Source: Ophelia neglecta (Eukaryota). From it: 64,000 nt of DNA. Below are positions 28,794 to 40,137 of the stretch, in pieces (positions within the stretch are counted from its first letter, which is position 1; every line of letters starts with the position of its first letter). The notes under the pieces are model-generated. The model was not told the DNA's origin. It did not search any database and was given only the letters and a program-made list of their open reading frames with translations. Location of the stretch: NCBI GenBank assembly GCA_965285935.1, contig OZ260664.1, forward strand, positions 69,564,001-69,628,000. Direction: 5' to 3'. The translations under genes and the position numbers were made by a program.

Positions 28794-31700
28794 CTGAAAT
28801 AGATAATAGTGGACTGTGAGAAATACAAATTATTAAGTTCCTAATTTTCATGAGCACTGTCACTTATTTCCATTAATTTAAACTTTCATGCTACAGTCTA
28901 TATATGGATATCAAAGGAATTGTGCAATTATTCATTTTACAAAGCCAGTTGTCTTAATATATTAGTTTACATTGTTACAAATTTACAAGATGTTTCTTTT
29001 TAGTTTGCAACCATGCATGATAGATTATTAGAACTTTATAATCACATGGGCTCTTTTTTTAAGCGCAAAAAAGCTAATATTATGTGATCAACTTTATTCA
29101 GTCTGCCGAATAATAGGCTAGCAGATACCATCTTGATTTAATGTATTTGGTCTGTTCAGATTTTCAGGAGGGATCCTGTATTTCGTCCTCCCAAACGTGT
29201 GTAACGGTTTGGATGCAATTCGAGACAGCCAAGCACCAACGGAATCTGAAATGTCTTACCAGCCTGGTGAGCCTCTAGTCTGGTTCCCTGTGCTGATTCT
29301 CCCGTCTCGCTGGAACCCCGCCCACTGTCTGTGTTTGAGGCATCACCGGAATGAATACTGGACACATCGGCGTCTCTCAAATGGGCAAGATGCTGTAATG
29401 AGAATTTTGAATAAGATCATTGATGATATAAAAACAAATATTGTGCGCAATACTGAGAAGAATAAACAATAAAGACCACTGATTTTTATTTTAGTTTTGT
29501 TGAAAGACATTGTACGCGGATACATTACGGTTGTTTATGGTTTCCCCAGATTAGATATCCAAACACAGTATTGTGTAAACTAGTGCCAAATCGACTCTCA
29601 AATAGTTGAATATTAGTCGACATGACCTATTGATCTTACGCCGGGACATGGCCTATTTTGACAAGTATCAAATCATCACGGCCATTATCCCTTACATGTA
29701 ATGCGAACAAACCGTGATTATAAAAAAACAAATTGACGTTAACAAGTTTCATTTCCGGTGTAAGCAAAATATGAGAACTAGGTAACAGAGTTTCATATTT
29801 CAATACATGCATCATTCACCTATAGATGCTATGCCATATATTCCAACTGAACTCTACTGAAGCAGACACATGCTCGACTCCTTTCATCAATCACGGTACT
29901 TAGCCCTATCCTAAGCTGTCCTAGCCTCAATCCTAAGACCCTCATTTCACAGAAGACTGGCCTGTAATTACTTCAATATGAGGGATAAAAGAAAGGGACT
30001 TATGACCCTAAGTTTGAATTTATTGGACACGGCTAGGGAGTTCATAAGAATTCAGTGAATGGCTATTATTACAGAACCTAGAGATGAGACGAAGTATGCA
30101 TCGAACCAAATAAAGGGATAACACATTGTACTGGATGAATATTTCAAACATGCAAAAATAAGTTAATTAACCGAGAAATTTGAGATTTAAAGACACATGC
30201 ACATGCGGGCTTAAATTCGACGTACTTTATTGATAAACCTGAATGAAATACTGCCACAAGAAATGGCCGATTGTAGGCTCTTCGTGCATTTTGTTTGTGA
30301 ATGCTAGATAAAAGGTCAAAGGTGTATTTTTGATAGGAGACTTCCTAAGCTATAAACACCTAGACAGCGCATGAAAAATCGCCCTTAAAGACATGAGAAT
30401 GACTAGATGTCCGATCTAATGGCTTCCGAAGTCCAATATATGACAAGGATTGAATAAGAAATGTAAGAAGTGTCATTGTTCGGCGAGTTTTACTGGCAGC
30501 AGTCTAGTAGGAGAATACAATAGCCCTGTTTGATCAGCTGAATCTCGAGCCACAAGCTTGGGTTTCTGTCACCGACAACAAGTTTGAAAACGATGTGATG
30601 AGAAAAATAATTGGAAATTCTGGCTACTTGAGACCGGTAACAAAAGATAAATCTCAAATTGAAAATACTATAAGCTGGTGGATGGTACTTGCGCTGACAT
30701 ATTAACGGTCATCACTGTTAATTTAATCACGAATTAGGATATCAGACAAATGTACCACAATTGTGATGAGGGTGGTTTGATACGAATAAATCAATGAAAT
30801 AGATAGTTTTATTGCATTTCTGTAAATGGTAAATAGCTTAAAAAATGTGCCATTGCTAAGAAGAGCATTATGGTGGGGAAATAAGACAGCTATCCTTGCT
30901 GATCACAAATACATCGTCAAGAAGGCTTCAGTACCTTCACCCAAAATAAAAATGCAAAGCATAAGCGAATACATTACAAGCAGACGAGACTCAACATTAC
31001 AAACAGGTCTTTGACATAAGTCGTCTACCTGCTTCGGTAAGTAGTTCTGATCAGCAAAAAGCAAAACAAAACAACATGTTTATGAAATATTTTGTGGTAA
31101 GATCAAACGTGTGCTAACATGTATCTATTTGCAGAAAAAAACACACTCACAATTCGCTACGAAAATATAAAACACTGAACTTATAATGGATGTACAAACA
31201 TTCCGCATACCGGGGTGTCAATATTTGCATTAAACGGCGCAAAGGAAGAGATCAATGATCAGGGCTGAGGCAGTATACATGTTTATATTCCTGGATTTAC
31301 ATTTCGATTTGGATCAAGCCTTTCGAGCATTGAACGTTTATCTTTAAACAGCTCATAGAAAAAATAGGTATTTGATAATCAGTTATTAGGGACAGCAAAA
31401 TATCTAAAACTGCTATGTCAACTGGCCATATCACTAACGACATTAATTGTTAAAGGCAAGGGCAATGTGAAACAAAACGTGCGTTTTCGAGCAGTAAAGC
31501 TTTCATTGATCTGTCTAATTCTCTGTTGAAACATATAGGCCTATAAGTAGTAGTGGTTTTGTCATTATGGCTGGAGAGACACAGAATGCCGATCTATAAA
31601 CCTGATCTTACCTGTTGGTAATCCGGGGGCTCCAGCGTAGCCAGCCACTGGCGGGACTTCTCGTGAGACAGGTCCATCTTATTGAGGTTTCCTTTGTAAC

Positions 31701-34389
31701 TCATGTCCCCTTGATTATTCAAACCGCCCTTTTTGTAATCCTGTCTAGGTTTAACTGCTGGTACCGGAAAATTGTTTTCAACACTAGATGTGCACGTGGT
31801 CTGCTCGTTCCCATGTTTTGAAGCAGTGCCGCCGTTTTTACCGTTTTTTAGTGCGTAGTCCTCCTTGGCAGTAAGCGATTTGAGCGCCTCCATGCGACAG
31901 TTATATGTATGTCCCCTTCCGCGACGGTGTTTTTGCTTCCGTATCACTATCATAATGGCCAACAGCAGTATGACAATAATTACTCCGCCAACACAGGCAA
32001 TGGCGATAACAATGACAAAGTTATACCCGCTAAGCAGTGCTTCTTTATTGTGATAATCAGCAAATGTGACAGTGGAGTCGACCACGATGTAGAGGTCAGA
32101 GGAGCTTAGGCGCTGGGGGTTTCCTTGATCCATTACAGCCACCAGAATATTAAATGTCCGGTTACGCACAGACGTCACATCCCTCTCAAGGTACACGGCC
32201 CCCGTCCCGGGCTCCAACGAGAAGTACTTATCACGGTTGCCATGCGAGATCTCGTAATACAGGTTCGAGTTATTACCAATGTCGTTATCAACAGCCGTTA
32301 TTTTTGTGACGATGTACCCAACGGGAACTTGATTTGATATAAACACTGTGTTGTTCTTTTTGTTGGGAAACTGGAAAACGGGGTCGTTATCATTAATATC
32401 CATAACGTGTACAGTCACTGTTGAGGTACTACTCATGCTGGGTGTGGTGACGTCAGTGGCCACCACAAGCAGCCTGTAGGTGGCTTGTTGTTCTCGGTCT
32501 AGTACGCGAGTTGTACTGATCCTGCCATCCCTCGGGTTTATGTAGAATGCATTTGATAGACTCTCACTGGCAAACAGGCTAAACGTAAAGGCGTTATATG
32601 GCGTGCCATCGGCGTCGTCTGCCCACACAGTCCCCACCTCCTCCCCCGCCGGAAGTCCCTCGGACACCGCGAAGCTGTACTCGGGCACGGAGAAGCGGGG
32701 ACGCTCATCATTGACGTCCAGCACCCTTACAGTCAGCTGGGCAGACGCCGACCTTGAAGGGTGACCTTCATCGCGGGCTATTATCCAGAAATTATACAGA
32801 TCGCGTTGCTCTCGGTCTAGTGCAGCCCGGGCCGTGACCACACCAGAGCGTTGATCAACGGTGAAATACATGGCCTCCTCGCCATCAATAATGTACTCCA
32901 AGCGTGCGTTTTCACCGGAATCGGCGTCCGATGCGTTCACCTGGACCAGAAAGGCCCCAAAGTAATTGTTTTCCAGCAGTTCGGCTGAGTATGAGTCTCT
33001 TAGGAACACAGGGGTGTTATCGTTCACGTCTGTGATGGTGACATTAATGTGCTGGATAGCCACTTGTGGTGGCGTTCCCTTGTCCTTACACACCAGAGCC
33101 AGGTTATATCCGGTCTGCTTTTCTCTGTCCAGGCCCGCTGCAGTAAATATACTGTACTCTGTGGCATATATACGCTCCAAACGGAAGAATGTCTCGCTCA
33201 GACTACAGGTAAACTCTCCGTTGGTGCCAATGTCCGGGTCTCGGACGGTGAGATGGGCGACAAATGTGTCCGGCGGACTGTCCTCTGGGAGCTTGGCCTC
33301 TGTAGTCCCCGTGGCCAGCAGCGTGTTGACTGTTATCTGGGGAGCGTGGTCATTCACATCCTCAACTCGTACTATCAGTGTGGCATCCCCGGGAGTGGAA
33401 TCAAGCCCCATGTCGCGGGCGTTCACTCCCAGGTTAAATACACTCTCCTTTTCATAGTCTATAGTTGCTTCAACTGTAATATCACCGGTTTCCTTCCCGA
33501 TAGCAAACAACTGGCCATACTGTCGCTTGGTCTGTTCGCTGAATTCATATTGTACTTGCCCGTTGGTTCCTTCGTCGGGGTCCGTAGCTGACACCGTTAG
33601 GAGGAGGGTGTGGACAGGAATGTTCTCCTTGACGCTCACCTCATACACGGACCGCTCAAACACCGGACTGTTATCATTGGCGTCGCCCACTGAGATACGG
33701 ACCTCCACGCTGCCTGACTTGCTGGGAATCCCGCCGTCGAAGGCCACGATTTGCATTTCGTATAAACTTAGGGTCTCGCGGTCCAGCCGCTCGGTCAACA
33801 CCAGTCGTACCTCCTTCGCACCGTTCACCTTCTCTGTGACCTTGAGCTCGAAGTTAGCGGCCTCCGACATCAGCTCGTAGGCTATGACGGTAAACTCGGG
33901 ACTGTCTGGGTCCGTGGCAGTGGGCACTGCAAACCCCGACCCGACCGACGCTGACTCAAACATAAAATGGGATATCAGATCATCTTCAAAGAGCGGAGTA
34001 TTGTCATTTAAATCTAATATATTGACGGTGACTTTGATGATTTGGAAGAACTGGACGGGTCTAATGGCGACATCTAGCTGCACAGTACACTTTACTTCAT
34101 TTGGACACAGCTCGTCTCTATTTATTCGACCGTTTGTGCTTATCACACCACTAGTGTTTCCAATGGCAAAGTTTGTAGGCGGTTCAGTAAGAAACTGATA
34201 GTGGAATTGTTTTAAGGTGTCTCCATCATACTTCAGCAGTAAATTGGCGTCTTCTTTCACATCGGCCACAAAGGAGCCTATTGGCAGCTCCTCTGTGACG
34301 CGATAAGACAGTTCGGTTTGAGCAGCACGGCACGGCAGTAACAGACTCACTAGCACCAAGAGCAGCCCTAGGTATTTGGTCCATCTCAT
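28297..34389 (-). CDS. Pcdh: Non-clustered delta-type protocadherin (7 EC repeats), spliced CDS join(34389..31612, 29392..29260, 28793..28297), 1135 aa; family-level call only, no one-to-one vertebrate orthologue assignable
   Basis: Signal peptide MRWTKYLGLLLVLVSLLLPCRA; six DxNDxxPx linkers separating seven cadherin repeats with DRE/DYE and DxD motifs; EC1 C-X5-C (CPNEVKC); TM at 31942-32019; canonical GT-AG introns with matching phases (0 then 1); exon lengths 2778+133+497=3408 nt, ending in TAA. Confidence 0.92.
28794..29259 (-). other. Protocadherin intron between coding exons 2 and 3 (466 bp, phase 1)
   Basis: GTAAGA donor and TTTCAG acceptor, frame-preserving. Confidence 0.82.
29260..29392 (-). 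CDS. Pcdh: Protocadherin coding exon 2 (cytoplasmic, CM1-like motif)
   Basis: Acceptor ttctcattacAG|CAT at 29393/29392 (phase 0); translates HLAHLRDADVSSIHSGDASNTDSGRGSSETGESAQGTRLEAHQA; donor CTG|GTAAGA at 29260/29259 (phase 1); DSGRGSSE resembles delta-protocadherin CM1 (DSGxGDS). Confidence 0.88.
29393..31611 (-). other. Protocadherin intron between coding exons 1 and 2 (2219 bp, phase 0)
   Basis: GTAAGA donor, pyrimidine-rich CAG acceptor, AT-rich non-coding content. Confidence 0.85.
31612..34389 (-). CDS. Pcdh: Protocadherin coding exon 1: signal peptide, EC1-EC7, TM, juxtamembrane tail (926 codons)
   Basis: Lies within the 996-aa ORF 31594..34584, whose track start is a GTG. ATG at 34389 directly precedes a hydrophobic signal peptide; an alternative in-frame ATG lies at 34548; an in-frame TGA lies upstream at 34600-34602. 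Donor CAG|GTAAGA at 31612/31611, phase 0. A single-exon ectodomain is typical of protocadherins. Confidence 0.95.
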
Positions 34390-34737
34390 TCCAACCACGC
34401 TAAGGATATTAATCGGAAAGCACGGCCGATTATCGCTGATTAAGTCTATATTACGGCAGTAATTGCTTGTGAGACTTGCATGCGGCAGACACTTAACCTC
34501 GGAGTCTGCCTGGATCAATAAGGATCCGTGATAGTAACCCAGCTCCATATTGGCTTTATCGAGTGCGTGAGTGAGATTCGCCACTAACAGCCATCCAGCT
34601 CATCAGATCCAAGCGACTTTTGTGGCCGAATCAGCACAAATCTAATTTCCATGCGGCCCTATAATTTTCCTTATGATTGCGTGTAATAATCATCCTTGTT
34701 TTAATGAAAGAGGTGGCTGGACGGAGCGGAGACTCGT

Positions 34738-34770
34738 CTACACGAGAGAGGTGGACAAAAAGATAAAGGG
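34738..34770 (-). other. Candidate splice acceptor for the 5'-UTR part of the large protocadherin exon (proximal option)
   Basis: Minus strand reads ccctttatctttttgtccacctctctcgtgTAG|ACG, a long polypyrimidine tract ending in AG, 348 nt upstream of the ATG. Confidence 0.4.
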
Positions 34771-35854
34771 AATGCCGGCGTATTTCATGGTGTATGGTCA
34801 TTTGTCGATTAGCGTACAGATTTTATATGTTTCAGGGCAGGCGTGAACACACGTAATGCTTGATCTTTGATACACCACCCATAAAATGCCCTTCTTTTTC
34901 CGGTTGAGGTCATCAATTCTATCCGTCCATTGCCAACCCAATTACACATTCACTGTTAGTGTTGCTAAATTATTTAGACTCAGTCCATTCCATTAAGCCT
35001 GTCTTTGTGCCAACTGTCGTTTTGTCTTATTTGGGGATCCGTTAATGCTCAAAATGTGAGAAAAGTGCTTAGATGTATTTCACTTGAGGCTATTGGGAGC
35101 CGGCGGCAATGTGCAGGCGCCGATAACTTGACCCTGAAGACGGGCAGGGATTTCAAAGCGATCGTTCTGGTTGCAGGATAAAATTGGAATGCTGTGGTAA
35201 AATATCACTTCAGAATCCCGTAATCCACAGTGTTCATAAATCGTATTTTCGTTAGAAGCCCTAGTCCTGTGCCGACAGGATGAATATAAGGCCAGCTAGA
35301 AGGAGTTGGCAAGTGCTGAACTGTTTGATAGACGAACGAATATGAATACATATATCATATCGTGTTAGTCTAATTGAAACTGCCCGCTGTCCTCACGAAC
35401 GTCATTTTTATGGGATGCCCAGGGAAGCTCGGACGAAAAAAGTTGCTTAGCAACCGACCCTTGATTGGGAAATCATTAAATAACAGTAGGCATAGTCAAT
35501 TTCAGCTGGTGAGGATATTTCTATACAAGTAGCTTTGCAAAGAAAACACGATCTCAGTCAACTTTTTTCAATAACTGATTTTCGTAGTTGGTAGGGGCCA
35601 CACACTCTTATTCCAAAAATAGTCTAGTTACTATTGGTAACACGCAGAATCAGGACTACACTGATGGTTTCAAATCCATATATAATAGCCTGCTTGTCAG
35701 CGGCCGGAAGTCTGGGATCAGCATGATTCTATTCATCTAGGGCAAAGGCTGTTACATTGTCAAACTATTGTGCAGTGATGGCGATCTTCAAACAACGTCT
35801 GTCTTCTAATATCATATTAAACTAAAGGCTATGATTTACTCCTAGGTTGCCGAC

Positions 35855-35886
35855 CTGAAAAGAAATATCGAAATAAATGTTATTTT
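35855..35886 (-). other. Candidate splice acceptor in the protocadherin 5' region (distal option)
   Basis: Minus strand reads aaataacatttatttcgatatttcttttCAG|GTC, a consensus-like acceptor with a possible TAAC branch point. Confidence 0.45.
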
Positions 35887-37757
35887 CGGCTTCGGAAAAA
35901 GTATTTTATCATTCACACAATTCTAATAATTCTAGAGTAGCAATTATTCTTGACACCTCTGGTCTTCCTTCAGCACCAAATCTCTCATAACGCTTGTGTA
36001 TGAACATCTCGTTAAACAACAAACTAGTAAATTCAGTGAATCAGCATTGCTATTATAATCATAAGGGCACGCCGGGGAAATAAGATCCGATATGGTGTAT
36101 GAAACTATAAATCAATTCACAGATATTATCCTCGACGGGCGATAAAACCCTTTGTTTGTAGCTTTGCCTTACATGTAGGAATGACATCGATAAGATTGAT
36201 GTCCACATATATTGAAGTCAGTAAATCGATTCAATTGCATTATTCAATCGACACAATAAATGCTTTATAGGACGAAATGTCATGTATTATTTTCATCATA
36301 AAGAGCTGTCAGTCTTGAAGGGTGCCCCAGCATGAATAAAACACGCAAAAAGCGAGACCCTCTTGAAAACGATGTGCCATTGTCTAAGTTTTGGGGTAAA
36401 GGCACGTTTTTTTATGTGGTGTTCGCAATGATAAGCGGACAACTCGATGGAGTGTGGCACTCAGGGCACGTCGGGCGACCGACTGACTGTTACCGGCGTA
36501 ACACTGTACATAGTCGAACCCTTCGCCAATTATCGCACGTGGCGTCATGATACTGTGGTCTTCACTCTGGCAGAGAAGCGAGCACGTTTGAACATTGCCA
36601 TTATCACTGCCTCATGTTATTCGTGAACTTGGTGAAAAGAGATCGAGTTTAAAACTGCTCAGGCGTCGGTCAATAAGTTTCCGAACAAACCCAAAAGCTC
36701 TTAGGCTCCTCAGAGTTCAGATCTCAAACACTTGACTTGTTCTGTCTTATTATTGATTACCATGAAGTTCTCTGGCCAGCTGGAGACCGGACGACTGGTG
36801 CTAAATGGAATATGTCTCCATTGTTCTCTCGCCGGGTGCCTAAGGCGACCGCCTGTTGACTCTCAGATCACCTATCATTGACTCTGTAGGGCGACTTGTT
36901 TCTAATACAAAACCGGTTACATTCACTAACAATCGATCCGCCCCAACTTCTCAGGTGAAGGCCGAAGATCGGCATATCAGACTATTGAAGTCGGGAAACA
37001 ACCCTGACTGGCACTTCACCACACTTTTGGCCACAGATTTTCTCAGAAATAAAACATTTATTCTGCAAACTAACATTAGGCCTACATACTGGCCAACTGT
37101 CAGTTAAACTATCGACGACTCTCACCTGTAAGCTGTTAACCATGAACATTGGAGATGTTTTTATTCAAGACCATCCCGTTGTCGCGCGTTCCTGCACGTC
37201 AATGGTATTATTTCTTTCACTATGGTAACCACGATCTTTGAATGCGGGTTAAAGGGCAGACAAGGGGGCAGGACCACCCAACATGACCCCCTCCCCCTCA
37301 TTTTCACTAAAAGTTGATCCAGAGAAACTCCCTAGGGTTTAAGATTGGAGTCTTCCCTATATAAGTACCCAGACCTCTCCCCTGGAACCCCTCAACTCAG
37401 GTTTTCTTCACCCCACCCCCACCCTCCCTTCTTATGTTGGCTGAAGCGTCTAATTTCAAATTCCTATTTGATAAACAGAGTCTTTAACAAACGCTTCTTT
37501 CTTTAACTTGGCCAAAATGTGTGCTAAATCAATGAAGCTTTCGACTCCTGCTTATCATGCACTATCTTATTGTCTTTCCTTGTTCGATATAGAAAACCTT
37601 ATACGCGCGAAAAGTAAATAAGGACCGTACAACCGATAGTTCTATAGGGCAGTTAGCCTCTAGTGGAACTCACCTTTATATCAATGATGTGTTTTCTAAA
37701 GAAATGATATCCGTGTTTAAGGCTATCCTACAAAAGTATCCCATAGAAATGCAGCTA

Positions 37758-37976
37758 TCCTACTACAGGTCTACATCGGTTCTTGCCGAGCGACAATTTT
37801 CGCCTGGTGAAGGGTACGGCAGACGATGAGTCTTTATATGGAGCGGCGGCGTCGCGGGTTCACCGTGGAGCGCAATCACCCGCGCCCAACCCGTGGACAT
37901 CGCTGTGAAAACTGCTAGCTGCCTGCCGGCAATGGCTCTGTGGGACACCGGCTTTCGGCCGTATTCGGGCTTCTAG
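37758..37976 (+). mobile_element. Candidate non-autonomous mini-Helitron (219 bp)
   Basis: A|TCCTACTAC 5' end; GC-rich hairpin CGGCT-TTC-GGCCG (37949-37961) 11 nt before a terminal CTAG|T; CpG-rich body unlike the flanks. Confidence 0.35.
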
Positions 37977-39893
37977 TGGATGCCCATCAGGAGAGATCTG
38001 TCATGTATGTAAACACAAATTAATGCCTACCTCACTAATAGACAAATATCATCAGCTCCAGTACAAATAATGAAGGCCCCTTGGCTTAGATTTAATGCAT
38101 TGCGGGGAAATTGCAATTATACGGCTAGCTGAAGAAAGGAGCTGAGTGAAAGACGCTTGTTTAGAACAGATTTAGATCACATTTGTACACTTTGGTTCAT
38201 TAGTTGATTGAGACTCTATCAAGACAACAGTTGTTGGAATGCGGTAATGATTTACAAATTCAATTTGTTGCGTGAGTATGTCTTTATTAAGTGGGTGGCC
38301 AGTTAGTATGGGAGGGGTAGGGTACGGTCGGGGAAGGGAATTAAGGGTGTGTGTTTGTGCGATGGGGGGAGGGGTCAATTCATTGGTGGGGAGAGGTGGG
38401 GTAACAGAATTGTGTCATCATTAGATGGTCGTTGCTCATCACTTTGGGACACCCCCGTATGGTGGGGTGGAGGGGGGGGGGGATAAAACGAAAAAGGGTG
38501 TCTGGCGAAAACGTCTTTTATTGAAGTACATAACTATTGATGAGATTCAGTCGGTTATTGAGATTCGGACACAATAGACCGGATATGGCCTAATTCAAAC
38601 ACTAATTTAAATACATGGGAATAAAGTTGTCCAGACGGGGGAGGTCATATTATTTGTAGGGTGTGGTATGGATGTGGTCTCTCAGATGGGAGGTTGGGTA
38701 ACCCATTTCAGGACACTCTCTGGAGCGTTTATTGGTCCCTACCCCCTCGCTCCCGTCTTGATCCGTTGGTTTACAATCCCCCGACATATTTGTCCCATAA
38801 AACCGGTCCATTCCCGCTTCATGTTTGATTCACAATATCTATTGATCGAGACATGATGGACAGTCAGGTTTGGATATAAAAGGTCGGCATTCGGCTGCAA
38901 TAACTATGAAGCATTCAGGGAAGAGTAGAGGCCGATAGTGTCTATCTGATCAATAGCAATACAGTTGCCACTCCTTATAACGGTTAGCCATTATCGTAGT
39001 CTTTATTTGACTTATCCATTGATCTGGCTATCGGGAAAAGACTGTTTATACAGTTTGTTTGTTGTTTTTCGACTGGGATATGGCGGTTGCAGCAAATAAA
39101 GGGCTATCTGATTTCAGAATAGCTGCACCTAGCATGTAATTAAAGGCGTTTGATCCCAGAAGATCAATTCATACAATTCACACCTACCGGTACATGACCT
39201 GCCATGGCTTCAATGCTACTTTAACGGGGCGAGTTTTCTTTTGAATTCCCTTCCCTAGAAGGCTCCAGACATGTACCACTTACCATACGTAAATGATCGT
39301 GTGTCTGGATGTTTCTGTGTTGTTTACGGACTGCTGTGATGCGACAGTGTTCTTGTTTTTTTGTATTGTTTTTTATTTTTGTATTTATATACATGTATGT
39401 AGAGGATATCATTGTCCTGGGCAGCTTTTCAGCCACTTTATTAATCTACTAATGGGCGCTGCAACATAAATCAGTTAAGACGATATTGATTCCTTTTACC
39501 GCATATGCTTTTATTAAAGAATACCGTGTAGTCCTCATTATAAAAATAAACAAGATAATATTACTAGTTTGTTTACCACACTGATTGTGGGTTGAAATCG
39601 TTAAATGTCTGCAACCGTCTGAAGAAAGCGGCACAGTCAGGTTTGTTTCAAATACTCATTTTTGGGAAATGTACATTTTATGCTTGGCTCCTGTTAAGAT
39701 GCAATTTTCAAAAAGCTCTATACCTAAAGGCCTATACTGTATTATATAAACTTATAGTTATCACGAATTAGGCCTAATATCCTTAATTGTTTTAATTATT
39801 AATATACATTATTTAGCAAGTACACGGCCACATCGAATATGCTAAGCAGCTATACCCGTAAAATTCACTTTCTCTTTTACAAGGTTTTTGCTT

Positions 39894-40137
39894 AGACAGG
39901 GTAAGTTCGGGTAATTTCTCCCATAGTCTAATTCCGCTCGGTAAGGATTCTTATACCAACTTGCGCGGAATAATGCTAATTATTTCACGGAATTAAACTA
40001 TGTGGACAATTAACTGCTTGCCTTGATACTTTTAGCGGAATTAGCTTACTTCGTGCGCAGAATTAGCCAAGTTATGTGCTGAAATTGGCCGTTTTTTTAT
40101 GCGCCTACTTACCCTAGTTTACCCCACTTACCCGTTT
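39894..40137. mobile_element. Foldback/MITE-like non-autonomous DNA element
   Basis: Left end agacagggtaagttcgggtaa vs reverse complement of right end aaacgggtaagtggggtaa; internal CTAATTCCGC near the left end is mirrored by several GCGGAATTAG-like copies. Confidence 0.55.

Noticed and set aside
28794-28863. N-terminal part of ORF 28297..28863
   Set aside because: Lies upstream of the splice acceptor; intronic
31615-34198. Several plus-strand ORFs (up to 180 aa) antisense to the protocadherin exon
   Set aside because: Expected shadow ORFs of a GC-rich coding exon; no domain signatures
34390-34584. N-terminal 65 aa of the 996-aa ORF
   Set aside because: The track starts at a GTG; the signal peptide begins at the ATG at 34389, so this is probably 5' UTR (ATG 34548 kept only as a minor alternative)
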